Below, piece after piece: positions 50,075 through 61,845 of a stretch of 64,000 nucleotides of DNA. Under the pieces are notes generated by a model. That model had not been told where the DNA came from. It saw nothing but the letters and a program-made list of their open reading frames with translations, and ran no database searches. The stretch is taken from contig JAWMAR010000224.1 of NCBI GenBank assembly GCA_036785375.1, positions 1,488,001-1,552,000 on the forward strand, in the 5' to 3' direction. Made by a program: the position numbers and the translations under genes. The stretch is from Leucoraja ocellata. Its lineage: Eukaryota. Position 1 is the first letter of the stretch. Every line of letters begins with the position of its first letter.

Positions 50075-50560
50075 AGAAACATAGAAAATAGGTGCAGGAG
50101 TAGGCCATTTGGCCTTTCGAGCCTGCACCGCCATTCAATATGATCATGGCTGATCATCCAACTCGGTATCCTGTACCTGCCTTCTCTCCATACCCCCCGA
50201 TACCTTTAGCCACAAGGGCCACATCTAACTCCATCTTCAATATAGCCAATGAACTAGCCTCAACTACCTTCTGTGGCAGAGAATTCCAGAAAATGTGTGA
50301 AAAATGTTTTTCTCATCTTGGTCCTGAAAGATTTCCCCCTTATCCTTAAACTGTGACCCCTTGTCCTGGACTTCCCCAACATCGGGAACAATCTTCCTGC
50401 ATCTAGCCTGTCCAACCCCTTAAGAATTTTGTAAGTTTCTATAAGATCCCCCTCAATCTTCTAAATTCTAGTGAGTACAAGCCGAGTCTATCTTCATATG
50501 AAAGGCCTGACATCCCAGGAATCAGTCTGGTGAACCTTCTCTGTACTCCCTCTATGGCAA
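50075..50560 (-). mobile_element. CR1 3' fragment, same subfamily as 48.2 kb
   Basis: Near-identical 3' UTR and ORF end. Confidence 0.9.
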
Positions 50561-50907
50561 GAGGGAGTTGGCTGGTATCTTTCCTTCAAGAACACTATGT
50601 ATTTCCGCTTTAAGATTATTAGTTTGCCCAGTACCTCAAATGTGGCAAGAAAGCAGCCATTGTTTATGTTGTAGTTCATTTCAATTACATATGCTTAACA
50701 ATCATCGTTTACAGATGTGGCTCTCTACTCATTTAATTATTGCTCAATGTGACCAAGCACTATTGTGGTAGCACATAGAATCATGAAGCTACAGGACACG
50801 GATACAGGCCGTTCGGTTCAACTCTTTCATACTGACCAAGTTGCCAAAACAAGCTTTCTCCCAGCCCAGATCCCTCCAAACCTTTCTTAATCTTCCAGTG
50901 AAATTAT

Positions 50908-51090
50908 AAGAATGCTGGAGTAGCTCAGTTGGGCAGAATCTCAGGAGAACATGGATTAGGTGACATTTCAGGTCAGGACTCTTCTATAGACTGATGGGTT
51001 AAAACCCAATACTTCACTATCCATGTTTTCCTGACCCACTGAGCTACTCCAGCACTGTCTTTTGTAAACCAGCATCTGCAATTCTTTGTT
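50908..51090. mobile_element. Palindromic Penelope-derived unit (old)
   Basis: atgctggagtagctcagttggg ... cccactgagctactccagca. Confidence 0.65.
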
Positions 51091-51094
51091 CCCA

Positions 51095-51385
51095 ATTTAG
51101 TTGACTTTAGTTTAGATACAGCTCTTCAGCCGACCGAGTCCATGATGACTAATGATCCCTATACATTATTACCCTACACACACTAGGGATAATTTACATT
51201 TGTACAGAGCCAATTAACCTACAAACTTATACGTCTTTGGACTGCGAGAGGAAACCGAAGATCGTGGAGAAAACCCACACGGTCATGGGGAGAACGTACA
51301 AACTCCGTACAGACAGCACCCGTAGTTGGGATCGAACCCGGGTCTCTGGCGCTGCAAGGCAGCAACTCTACCACTGCACCACCGT
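51095..51385 (-). mobile_element. HE1-like SINE
   Basis: Body plus B-box gggatcgaacccggg and head ctctaccactgcaccaccgt. Confidence 0.85.
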
Positions 51386-51761
51386 TCCTAATTTTCCAGT
51401 GATGTTGTGCAGGGGATTAACATTCCTGCTTTTCTTTGAAATGGTGCCTTGAAAACTTGAGCGCTCTTTAACTTGGTTATTTTGGTTGGTTGCAGTTATG
51501 ACTCTGCCTCAGTAGCCCTTCATGAGAGAACATGCAATAAAGGAGTATGGAACAATCCATTTGTTAACAGTTTTAGCTGTTTTTTCCTTCAAACATCCCC
51601 GATACAGCAGCTTGGTTCACATTCAGTCGTCGTTACCCCGAGCACCAGTGGAAGAACATATAGGTTGTTGTTGAATAGTTGGTGGAACCTTAATTTAATT
51701 GAAAAACGGAGTTTTGACAAATTTACAAAATCTGGAAATGATCTAAAATGATAGAATGGGT

Positions 51762-52192
51762 CAACTGGATTTGTATTCACTGGAATTTAGAAGGATGGGA
51801 GGGGATCTTATAGAAACATATAACATTCTTAAAGGATTGGACAGGCTAGATGGAAGAAAAAGGATTTTCATGGTCAGGAGAGTCCAGAGCCAGGGGTCAC
51901 CGATTAAGAATAAGGTGTAGGCCATTTCGAACTGAGATGAGGAAAAACTTCTTCACCCAGAGTTGTGAATCTGTGGAATTCTCTGCCACAGAAGGCAGTG
52001 GAGGCCAATTCACTGGATGTTTAAGAGCGAGTTACATTTAGCTCTTAAGGCTAAAGAAATCAAGGGATATGGGGAACAGGGTACTGATTTTGGATGATCA
52101 GCCATGATCATATTGAATGGTGGTGCTGGCTCGAAGGGCCGAATGGTCTACTCCTGCACCTATTTTTCTAATGTTTTTATGTTCTATGTTTC
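51762..52192 (+). mobile_element. CR1 3' fragment
   Basis: GESRARGHRLRIRCRPFRTEMRKNFFTQ plus tail. Confidence 0.9.
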
Positions 52193-52884
52193 CACCAGTT
52201 TCAAATTATCTGGCAATTTTCACAGTGCCTCCATCATCACTCAAATAAAAAGGTGGTGGCAATAAGCTTGCAATGTATGTAGGCGAGTAAATGGAAAGGT
52301 TTAAAATTGTGCACAAACACAGTTTAATGCGAATTCACAGACCTCTAGTCCCCTGTCTCACATCAGCCATGAGCAGGGGGAAGAAAATGCTAATACAGAT
52401 CAAGTTTGTGAATATGCATCATGTTGTGTGCAGCAAGCAGTTTTAATTTTTTTTTAAAGTACGAAGCACATGCCATCATTCAAGAATAAAAAGGCTTTTC
52501 ATTAGGCTTCAGCTCAGACTGCTAAGTCATAAAAATAAACTGGGCACATTGTCTTGAAGAATGCAGTTACAAAGTAGGCCAATTGTTGCATAATATCAGT
52601 GACAAAGAACAGATTGCTGAATTTGAGAGAGCTCTTGGGGTCACCGATAAAGGAGACGGATTATTCAAAGTTCCAATCTCTGCTTTGTGTAATTCACTCA
52701 TTTGAGAATGGGCCACCAATGCAGTATAAAGATGTGCTCATGGTAAAACATGCAAAGATCATTCTCAAAGCCCTTTATGTACAGTACACCATTGACATTA
52801 ATCTCACATCTAAAACAAAATAGATGCTTATCGAAACTAATGCTCGAAATAATGTAAACACAGGAATAGACTGAATTTTAAATT

Positions 52885-53300
52885 GTAGGCCCCCCTCGGT
52901 CATGACTGACCATGGGTGATGCATCCTGGTCGGATGCAAGCCTGGGCGATGTCATATGGAGGACAGGCTGTTGCCGACATAGCACATCCCCCCCCCCCCT
53001 CTCCACGTCGCTGATCGATCCAAAGGAACAGCAGGGCCGTTACAGTTCAGCACCAGCGCCGTCGCAGGAGCTGCCAGAGCGAGGTTGTAGACAACGACGA
53101 ACTGCCTTAGGGGCTCCGACTATGGATTTTCTTGAGGTTTACTCCTGGAGCCTTTTCCATGACTGGATGTGGCCACAAGGCAGTGGAGATTTTAAATCAG
53201 AGTTTTCCCTCTCCTAGCTGACGAGCCCCATCTGCCCGAGACTCGCGGGGCCGGGACGTCTACCTTCCCGTGCAGGTCTACAGCGCCTGCCTACTGCCCT
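52885..53300 (-). mobile_element. RTE-clade 5'UTR-like non-autonomous element
   Basis: Minus strand gggcagatggggctcgtcagctaggagagggaaaactctgatttaaa...ctgccttgtggc resembles RTE LINE 5' regions as I recall them. No RT ORF. Confidence 0.45.
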
Positions 53301-53621
53301 ACGATCAGAATAAAATGCACCATGATGCACACCATTTATCTTCAAAAGGGTGAACTCACAAATAACCATCAAAAGCACGGTAATGCAATCAAAACCATTG
53401 TCCAAGAACAAAACGGAAAGCAAGTCCATTTTTGAAATCTGCATTAATTAATTTTAATAATTGGCATCATGCAAAATGACATCTTTCCAGAGTGAAACCA
53501 CCAATTCCTAAATAGTTATATCCTACCAAATATTTGCTCTAGTTGTGTTAAGCCAACGTTAAATGTAGATCTAAAAATGCCAGCCCATAAATCGATTGGA
53601 ATATGTGCTGCCAGCAATGAA

Positions 53622-53725
53622 CAGTCCGCTCTGGAGGAGCTTTGGTGCGTTTTGTGGGTGGGATGAAATAACTCATTAGTTCATCCCACCCACAAAACAC
53701 ACCAAAGCTCCTCCAGAGCGGACTG
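53622..53725. repeat. 104-bp near-perfect inverted repeat (46-bp arms, 12-nt loop)
   Basis: cagtccgctctggaggagctttggtgcgttttgtgggtgggatgaa / ttcatcccacccacaaaacacaccaaagctcctccagagcggactg, one mismatch. Confidence 0.95.
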
Positions 53726-54289
53726 ATGATTAGTGTGGATTGGTCTTTAGAGGTACGGATACCATACAGAAACAAGCCATTCGACGAACTGAGTTCGCAC
53801 CGACCAGCAATCACCCTGTGCACTAACCGACACACACTAGGGACAATTTTACAACTTCCCGAATTAACCAAAGTTATGTTGTTTTGGGTTTCTGAAGAAG
53901 GGACCGGACCAGAAACATCATCTATCAGTGTTATCCCAAAATACTGCCTGACCTGCAGAGTTGTTGCAGCACTTGATTTTTTTTTTGGTGAGCAGATTGG
54001 GCTTCTACCCCCCGGTTTAGAAGAATGCAAGGTGATCTCATTGAAACCTACGTATTCTTACAGGGCATGACACCTTAGATGCTGAGGCAATGTTAACCCT
54101 GACAGAGATTTCCAGCACTGGAGGTCAAAGTCTCAAAATAAGGGGCCAGCCATTCAGAATTAAGAGCAATTACCTTACCGAGAGGGCAATGAACCAGCCC
54201 AGGAGTAAAACACTGTAGATAAGTTCATTAGTTCTAGGAGCAGAATAAGGACATTTGGCCCATCAAGTCTACTCCATCGTATAATCATG

Positions 54290-54552
54290 GCTGAGAATGA
54301 GAAGAACTTTTTTCCCCCACAGAGAATGGTGAATCTCTGGAACTCTCTGCCACAGAGGGTAGCTGAGGCCAGTTCATTGGCTATATTTAAGAGGGAGTTA
54401 GATGTGGCCCTTGTGGCTAAGGGGATCAGGGGGTATGGAGAGAAGGCAGGTACGGGATACTGAGTTGGATGATCAGCCATGATCATATTGAATGGCGGTG
54501 CAGGCTCGAAGGGGCGAATGGCCTACTCCTGCACCTCATTTCTACGTTTCTA
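54290..54552 (+). mobile_element. Young CR1 3' fragment inserted in a minus-strand CR1 tail
   Basis: Host tail ...ataatcatggctga| resumes at |tctatctttccctctc after the insert. A further minus tail lies at 54695-54906. Confidence 0.8.
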
Positions 54553-55961
54553 TCTATCTTTCCCTCTCATTCCCATTCCACTGCCTTTGCCCCATAACCC
54601 CCAACACCCTATTCCAAAACCTGTCAATTTCCACCTTAAAAATATCTATTGACAGCCTCCACAGCCGTCTATGGGAATTAATTCCACAGATTCACAAGTT
54701 CATGTTCGTAATTGATACGAGCAGAACTTGGTCATTCGGCCCTTCAAGTCTACTCCGCCATTCAATCATGACTGATCTATCTCTCCTTCCTAACCCCATC
54801 CTCCTACCTTTTCCCCATAACCTCTGGCAACGGTGCTAATCAAGAATATATCCATCTCTGCCTTAGAAATATCCATTGACTTGGCCCCCACAGCCTTCTG
54901 TGGCAAATAAGATGCTGCAAAGACAAAATACAAACTGAAAATTATGGAAGTACCCAAGTGTGGAGAAACAGTGTCTAATGAAAGATCATCGACTTGAAAC
55001 GTTAACCGTTTCTCTCTCTCAGCGCTAACTAGCAGAGTATTTTTTCAGCAATTTCTGCATAAATTTCAAGTATATTTCCATTCTGCTAACTCAGCTTTGC
55101 TGGAGAGTACATAGATTTAAAAAAAAAACAGAACAAAAGGACCATATGTGTTCGCCTACTTCACCAGCATGAAATATCACCCTCGGGACAGTCAATCAAA
55201 GATAGACAAATCACATTTACCCCAATGTTCATAAAGAGTCTGGGATCATCTGCCTTGCTTTTGCTTCATGTTCCACTAAAATACAGCTTCTGTGCCCATG
55301 GGTTGATATCTCCCTCTCTCCCCAATTTTAAAGGAAATATATATTTTGGGATCACTGTCCAACCAATCCAGAGTCCTTCTGCTGGCAGATGGCACATTTA
55401 CCACCAGGCAAAGACAAAGCATGGACGTGCACCACTAATGAGATCCTGTCACAGACTCTATTGTGAATCACCCTGTGGCTACACAGCCCGATCTGTCTGC
55501 ATTTCCTTCATGTACCCAGCAAGGCATTTCCAATAAAACCAAAGTCCACTGACCCAGCAGGCTGGGCTGACCCAGAGACTCCCCTGCAATGACTTACTGT
55601 CCAACCAAATGGATTCATTGCTCCAGGCTTCAAAATAAAAATGCTTGCAAGGAATTAACTATTAAAAAAAATATATTGATTTAAACATTCTTTAAAAGAG
55701 ATACGGCAAGCCACGGCTAATTGCAAATGATTTGTACAATACATTTCCGCAATAAGGGCAGCACAGTGGTGCAGCGGTACAGTTACTGTCTTCCAGTACC
55801 AGAGACCCAGGACTGCTCTCTGGTTGCAGTAGAATGGGTTCAGTTGGCTGATAAACCACTGTTTGTCAGCACTGGGCCTGCACTCACTGGAGTTTGGAAG
55901 AATGAGGGGGGGGGGGAAGATCTCATTGAAGCATACAGAATAATGAAATTGTTGAGAGGAT

Positions 55962-56970
55962 ATTTGCACTAGTGGCGACAATAAGATCATAAAATTCGCG
56001 GATGACACAACAGTGGTGGGACTCATCAGCGGAGATGACGAATCAATGTACAGGGAGGAAGTAAAACAACTAGTGGATGGTGCGGAAAAAATAATCTAGA
56101 ATTAAATGTCGACAAAACGAAGGAGATGGTTGTCGACTTCAGGAGGGCGCAGCCAAAGCACACACCCCTCAACATCAGTGGCACTGCAGTGGAGAGAGTG
56201 GAGAGCATAAAGTTCCTCGGTGTGCAAATTACAGACAGCCTCACCTGGTCCAGGAACATCACTGGGATTGTCAAACGGGCCCATCAGCGACTGCACTTCC
56301 TGAGGAAACTAAAACAGGCCTCACTCCCCACCAACATCCTCAGGACTTTCTACAGGGGCACGGTGGAGTCTGTACTCACGTACTGCATAAATACGTGGTA
56401 CTCCACCTGCAACTGCTCGGACAGGAAGGCTCTGCAGAGGGTAGTGAGGGGAGCAGAGAGGATCATTGGCGTCTCCCTACCCTCGGTACAAGAACTGTTC
56501 CAGAGCCACCGTCTAAAAAAAGCTCAGAGAATTGCTACGGACAAACTGCACCCCCTCCACATACACCTGGATCTTCTGCCATCAGGCAAGAGATATCGAA
56601 GCATCAAAGCCCGGACTACAAGACTGGTAAACAGCTTCCTACCACAGGCTGTGAGGCTGCTAAACAGTCACTCTGTACTCAGTCACTTGATTCTGCGGCT
56701 GGCACGGACACTTTAATAACTGGCACTGGCCACTCAAATCAGCTGCCCCGGACATTTTTATGATTGGTTTAATGTATTTTAATGTTGTGTTTCACCTGCT
56801 TTTAACTATTTATACTGTTCCATCAGGGACTGGATTGTTTTTAGTGTTATTATGTGTGAAATGTTTTAAATTTCATGTGCGATGCTCCTCTATTCCCTGG
56901 GAAACGTCTTTTCATTTTGCACTGTACAACTGTTGCTTGCAAGATGACAATAAAGGTTGATTGATTGATT
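55962..56970 (+). mobile_element. Rex1/Babar-type LINE, 5'-truncated, inserted into a CR1 fragment
   Basis: KIIKFADDTTVVGLI..DDES.YREEV, LNVDKTKEMVVDFRR, KFLGV.I, QRLHFLRKL, FYRGTVESVLT, SFLPQAVRLLN. AATAAA followed by (GATT)n tail. CR1 pieces at about 55880-55960 and 56971-57260. Confidence 0.9.
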
Positions 56971-57424
56971 GAGACTAGGATTAGAGGTCATTGCCTCTGA
57001 ATTAAAGAACTCTCTTTGGTTAGGAGATGGAGGAATTTTAGTCAAAGGGTGGTGAATCTATGGAATTCTGCCACAGAAGGACGTGGAGGACAAGTCAGTG
57101 GATATTTTTAAGGCAGAGATACAGATATTTGATTTGTACAGGTGTCAGGGGTGAAGGCAGGAGAATGGGGTTAGGAGGGAGAGATAGATCATCCATGATT
57201 GAATGGCAGAGTAGACTTGATGGGCCAAATGGCCCAATGCCATTCCTATTCCTTATGACCTTAATAGCTGGGAAAAAACTGTCCCTGAAACTGGGAGTGT
57301 GCGGTTTCACACCTATACCTTTTGCCCGATGGGAGAGGAGAGAAGAGGGAGGGGCCAGGGTGCAACATCCTCAATTATGCTGCTGGCCTTGCCGAGGCAG
57401 CATGAGGTACAAGTCAATGGAAGG

Positions 57425-57760
57425 GAGATACACAAAATGCTGGAGTAACTAACTCAGTGGGACAGGCAGTATCTTTGGAGAGAAGGAATGGGCGGCGTTT
57501 TGTGTCGAGACCCTTCTTCAGACTGAAAGTCACGGGAAAGGGAAAGATTTAGAGAGTTATAGAACAAATGAATGAAATATGTGCAAAAATGTAATAATGG
57601 TAAAGGAACCAGGCCATTGTTGGCTGCAGCTTGGAGGGAACAAAAGCTGATGTGACTTGGATGGGGGAGAGAGAGAGCGCAAGAGAGAGCGCAAGAGAGA
57701 GCGCAAGAGAGAGCGCAAGAGAGAGAGAGAAGGGATGCTGGGGTTACTTGAAGTTAGGAA
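57425..57760 (-). mobile_element. Penelope 3' UTR/terminal region with (GAGAGAGCGCAA)n microsatellite
   Basis: Matches 28465-28690 (gagacccttcttcagact...agaacaaatgaatgaa). 12-bp repeat at about 57668-57728. Confidence 0.75.
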
Positions 57761-58332
57761 TGGAGATTGGTTTGCATGATGGTCTGGGCTGCATCCACAA
57801 TTTGCAGCAATTTCTTGCAGAAAGCAAGCAGCGAGTGCTCTGGGAGAGCACTGCTGTTATAACTGAAATTCTATACCCCCTATCCAATTACATTCAGCTT
57901 CAACTCACTGCTGACAGGACGAGGACCTCTCCAGCACTCATGGGCACTCACAAATGTCATTCTTCATATGAAGAAAACACTTTATTTTTTTGGCTGAGCC
58001 CAATTCCCTGCCAGATGTGGGAAAGGAACAGCCACGAATCAGAACATGTAATGTGTAGATGACACCAAGATTTGGAAGATTACCAAAAAGGTGGAGAGCT
58101 CAAGAGAGTTGCATCATCCTTTCACCCAAAATCTACGCAGGTGGGAGGCCAAAGGCACAACATTCCTGTTGGCAATCACTACTGGTCCAGAACAGCTCCT
58201 TGTGCCTCATTCTTCTTTCCATGACTCACATTTTTCTACCATCTCAGTTCCATCTCAGTTCACCCACACAAAGATGTAGACTAGTGCCAACTAAAACTAA
58301 GTGGAAATATGCTATTCTCTAAAATGTATATG

Positions 58333-58546
58333 TGTAGTGCGTGGGTCTCAAAATGAGGCAAGTAGTCCGAAGTTTGAGAAGCACTTTACTTTAATTCCTC
58401 CCGGTTCAGGGGAAGACAAAACCAGGAGAAGATGGCACCCAAACCCTGCCTTTTATACCCTCCGGCTAAGGACCGCCTCCGGACTGCACCACTCCTGTGC
58501 CGAGGGGTTCGGCAGTATAATGGCACAACCCTTAGGAGCCGCCACA
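58333..58546 (-). mobile_element. Probable solo LTR (Gypsy/BEL-like)
   Basis: Minus strand TGTGG...CTACA with internal TATAAAA then ATTAAA. 4-bp flanks tatg/tgtg (one mismatch). Confidence 0.6.
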
Positions 58547-58889
58547 TGTGCCTATTTTGCCTTTAAAACAAATTCTATACAAAAACAATTGTACGATTAC
58601 CTTTCTTCGTGACATCAGAGTCTATAGCAATGCACAGGCCAAGTGGCTCAACTGATTTACCATCATCATCATCATCAACATTGAAAACCAGGTGTGGGAG
58701 ATGGTTTAGTTGCTGATTATCTGTCCATGGAGCAGGTAGCACAGGATTACATGGAAAACTCCCCCCGGCCTGTTATTTTACAGTCTTCCCAAGTCACCTA
58801 GCTCTTCCTATTCTATCTTCAAAATGCTCCATTGCTTTCCAATTGTTAAGGTGACCACTCACAGGGTGAGAAATAATGTAGGATTATTC

Positions 58890-59140
58890 ATTGGGCCCCA
58901 CCAAGTCCACTCAATCAGCCCTGGCTACATTCATTCGGCTTTTTATTCTCCCCCTCATCTCTACATGGGGCAATTTACAGTGGCCATTTAAGCTAGCAAC
59001 CCACATGGTTTCAGGATGTGGGAAGAAACTAGAGCAATCCATTCCGTCGCGGGGAGAACATGCAAACTCCACACAGGCAACCCTTGAGGTCAGGATTGAA
59101 TACAGGTCTCTGGCACTGTGGGAGAGTAGTTCCATTCGCT
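58890..59140 (-). mobile_element. Old HE1-like SINE
   Basis: ggggcaatttacagtggcc...ggggagaacatgcaaactccacacaggca...ggattgaa. Confidence 0.7.
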
Positions 59141-59307
59141 GCAACCTTTCAGATTTCCACTATAAAGTGGCAAACCTCTGCTTTATGTTTTTAGTTTAAC
59201 ATTTCAAATGTAGTTTAAAACATTACAGAAATTGAGTGTTTGTGAAATTTTTACTGCAACAAAGGCACAGAGTTACAAAATTATTTTACATGTAAAGAAA
59301 TAACTCA

Positions 59308-59585
59308 AGGTGGCATAGCGGTACAGTTGTTGCGTTACCCGCGCCAGAAACCCTGGTTCGATCTTGACGATAGATACTGTCTGTATGTTCTTCCTATGAC
59401 CGTGTGGGTTTTCTCTTAGTGCTTTGGTTTCCTCCTGCACTCCAAAGACGTACAGGTTTGTAGGTTAATTGGCTGCTGTAAAAATGTTAAATTGTCCCTC
59501 GTGTGTAGGATAGTGTTAGCGTACAGGGATTGTGGTTTGGTGTGGACTAGGTAGGCCGAAGGCCCGTTTCAGCGCTAAACTAAAG
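59308..59585 (+). mobile_element. HE1-like SINE
   Basis: ggtggcatagcggta (A-box), ggttcgatc (B-box), body, ctaaactaaa tail. Confidence 0.85.
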
Positions 59586-59968
59586 TAATAGAATAACAAA
59601 TTTCCTTTGTACCTGAACACTTCACCATTACTCCCAACCTTTGCAACTTCAAAAACATAAACCTGTATATCATTTAGCTCCAGGTTCCCACTCCACCTTG
59701 TGAACAGCTGAACCTTCTGCACTTCTTCCAGTAATATATACTATTGCAGGAAAACTGGGCAATGTTTTAGGTGAACGAGAAATCACAGCTGCAATTTTCC
59801 CAGCACGTACATGTGTAAAATGACAGCATTGATAGGGCAATAATTATGTTTTATTTTAATACACTTGATAGACCACTGCTGCTATTAATCATAATAGTAA
59901 ATTACGACCTTAAATCAGAATACCAAGCTAAAAAGGGTACAGAAAATATGTTACCAGGGCTGGCAGGC

Positions 59969-60285
59969 TTTAGTTTAGTTTAGAGACACAGCTCGGAAAC
60001 AGGCCTTCGGCCCACCGGGTCTGCGCCAACCAGCGATCCCCACATATTAACACTATCCTACACATACTAGGGACAATTTTTACATTTACCAAGCCAATTT
60101 ATCTACATACCAGTAAGTCTCGAGTGTGGGAGGAAACCAAAGATCTCAGAGATCCCACTCAAAAACCCATACAGGCCACGGGAAGAATGTACAAACTCCG
60201 TCCAGACAGCACCCGTAGCCGGGATCGAACCTGGGTCTCGGATGCTGCAAGCGCTGAAAGGCAGAAACTCTACCGTTGTGCCGCC
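59969..60285 (-). mobile_element. HE1-like SINE inserted in a plus-strand CR1 (about 59930-60715)
   Basis: (TTTAG)n tail and gggatcgaacc B-box. The CR1 sequence continues on both sides. Confidence 0.85.
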
Positions 60286-61609
60286 AAAGGAGAGATTGGG
60301 TGGGCTGGGGCTCCATTCCGCTTGAGTATTGGAGATGGAGGGGCGACTTTGTAGAAAGTATATAAAATCACAAGGGTCATGGATAAAGTGAGCAGCCAGT
60401 CATTTCCTCAGGTTTGGGGAGTGGAGCAATGGGAATAGATTAAAGGTGGGTGGGGGGGCGGGGGGGGCGGGGGGGGGGTGATTTAAAAAGGAGCACTAGG
60501 CAACATTTTCCACACAAAGTGTAGTAGCTACATGCAATGAACTGCCAGAGGAAGTGGCAGATCCAATTACAACATTTAAAATACTTAGACAAGTACATGG
60601 ACAGGAACGGTTTAGAGGGCAATGGGCCAAATGAAGGGAAATGGATCAAAATCAGGAAGGCAACTTGGTCTGCATGGATTAGTTGGGTCGAAGGGTTCGT
60701 TTCCCTGCTGAAAAACTAATCTACAATATTATGGCCAGGGGAAATGGTATAGTCTCTTCAATCTAACTCTATAAATGTGTCAGCCTTAATTAGGCAGCGT
60801 CTTTTAAACTTGACAAATGACCAGAGTGCTACCTTTGATCCACATAAAAATCCACAAGCCAAGCAACAAAGTATGCCACTTAGTAGCTCGGTTTCCAAGA
60901 CTACAAATGGAAACACAATTTTTTACCCTTGATGACTGAACACTAAATCGGATACACAGGGATTTTTTTTCATTCAGAAATTAGCCAAATTGAGGCAGAA
61001 ACCCCAGATAACTGAAGTCAAAACTTATAAAGCCACAGTTTAATACAGGTATGGATTGTAATTCTCTTCCTCCAAGCCAACTGCAAATATGAGGTTCGGT
61101 TAAATTACTAATCAATCGAACCTAGACCTCAAATTATGACCATTTATTGCAGAGATTTAATTCGGTTTATTGGTGACATTCAGCAGAGAAATTAGCCCAT
61201 CAGTCCATTATGTTCATGCTAAAAATTCAAACAACCATTTACATGTCTCATTTTATTCGCCCCACGTTCTTCCCAACTTGCTCCAGATTCCACCACTCGC
61301 CTACACTATTTATGGTTGCGAATTAACCTACCAACCTACACACCTTTGAGAAATAAGAGTTAAGCAAAGCACCTTGGGGATATGGTTACAAGGATGGCAT
61401 GCAAACTACACACAGAATAGCATCAGAGGTGAGGAGTGAACATACTGTAGACCACTGGAGCTGTGATGCGGCAGCTCTTTTAGCTGCACCAAGTGTCATC
61501 TGTTTAATCGGCAAGTCTATCTGCAAGTATCTGAATTACTAATGTCAATAATCTTCATTTGATTACAACTAAAAAGATGCAGTTTTAAAAAGCTCATCAA
61601 TAAGGCGAG

Positions 61610-61845
61610 GGGAAAAAGATTTAAGAGTCCTAAAGTGCAACTATTCCCACAAGGAGGGTGGTGGGTAAATGGAACGAGCGGTCAGCCAAATTGGTGGATG
61701 TGGGTACAGTCACAATATTTAAAAGATGCTTGGACAGGTACATGAAATAAGGTTGGGAAGGATATGGGCCAGGGACAGGCAAGTGGAACTTGCTCAGTTG
61801 GACAACCTGGCCATGGTGGATGACATATGGCCCTGTGATACTCAT
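61610..61845 (+). mobile_element. Old CR1 3' end
   Basis: gagggtggtgggtaaatggaacgag...tttaaaagatgcttggacaggtacatg. Confidence 0.7.
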
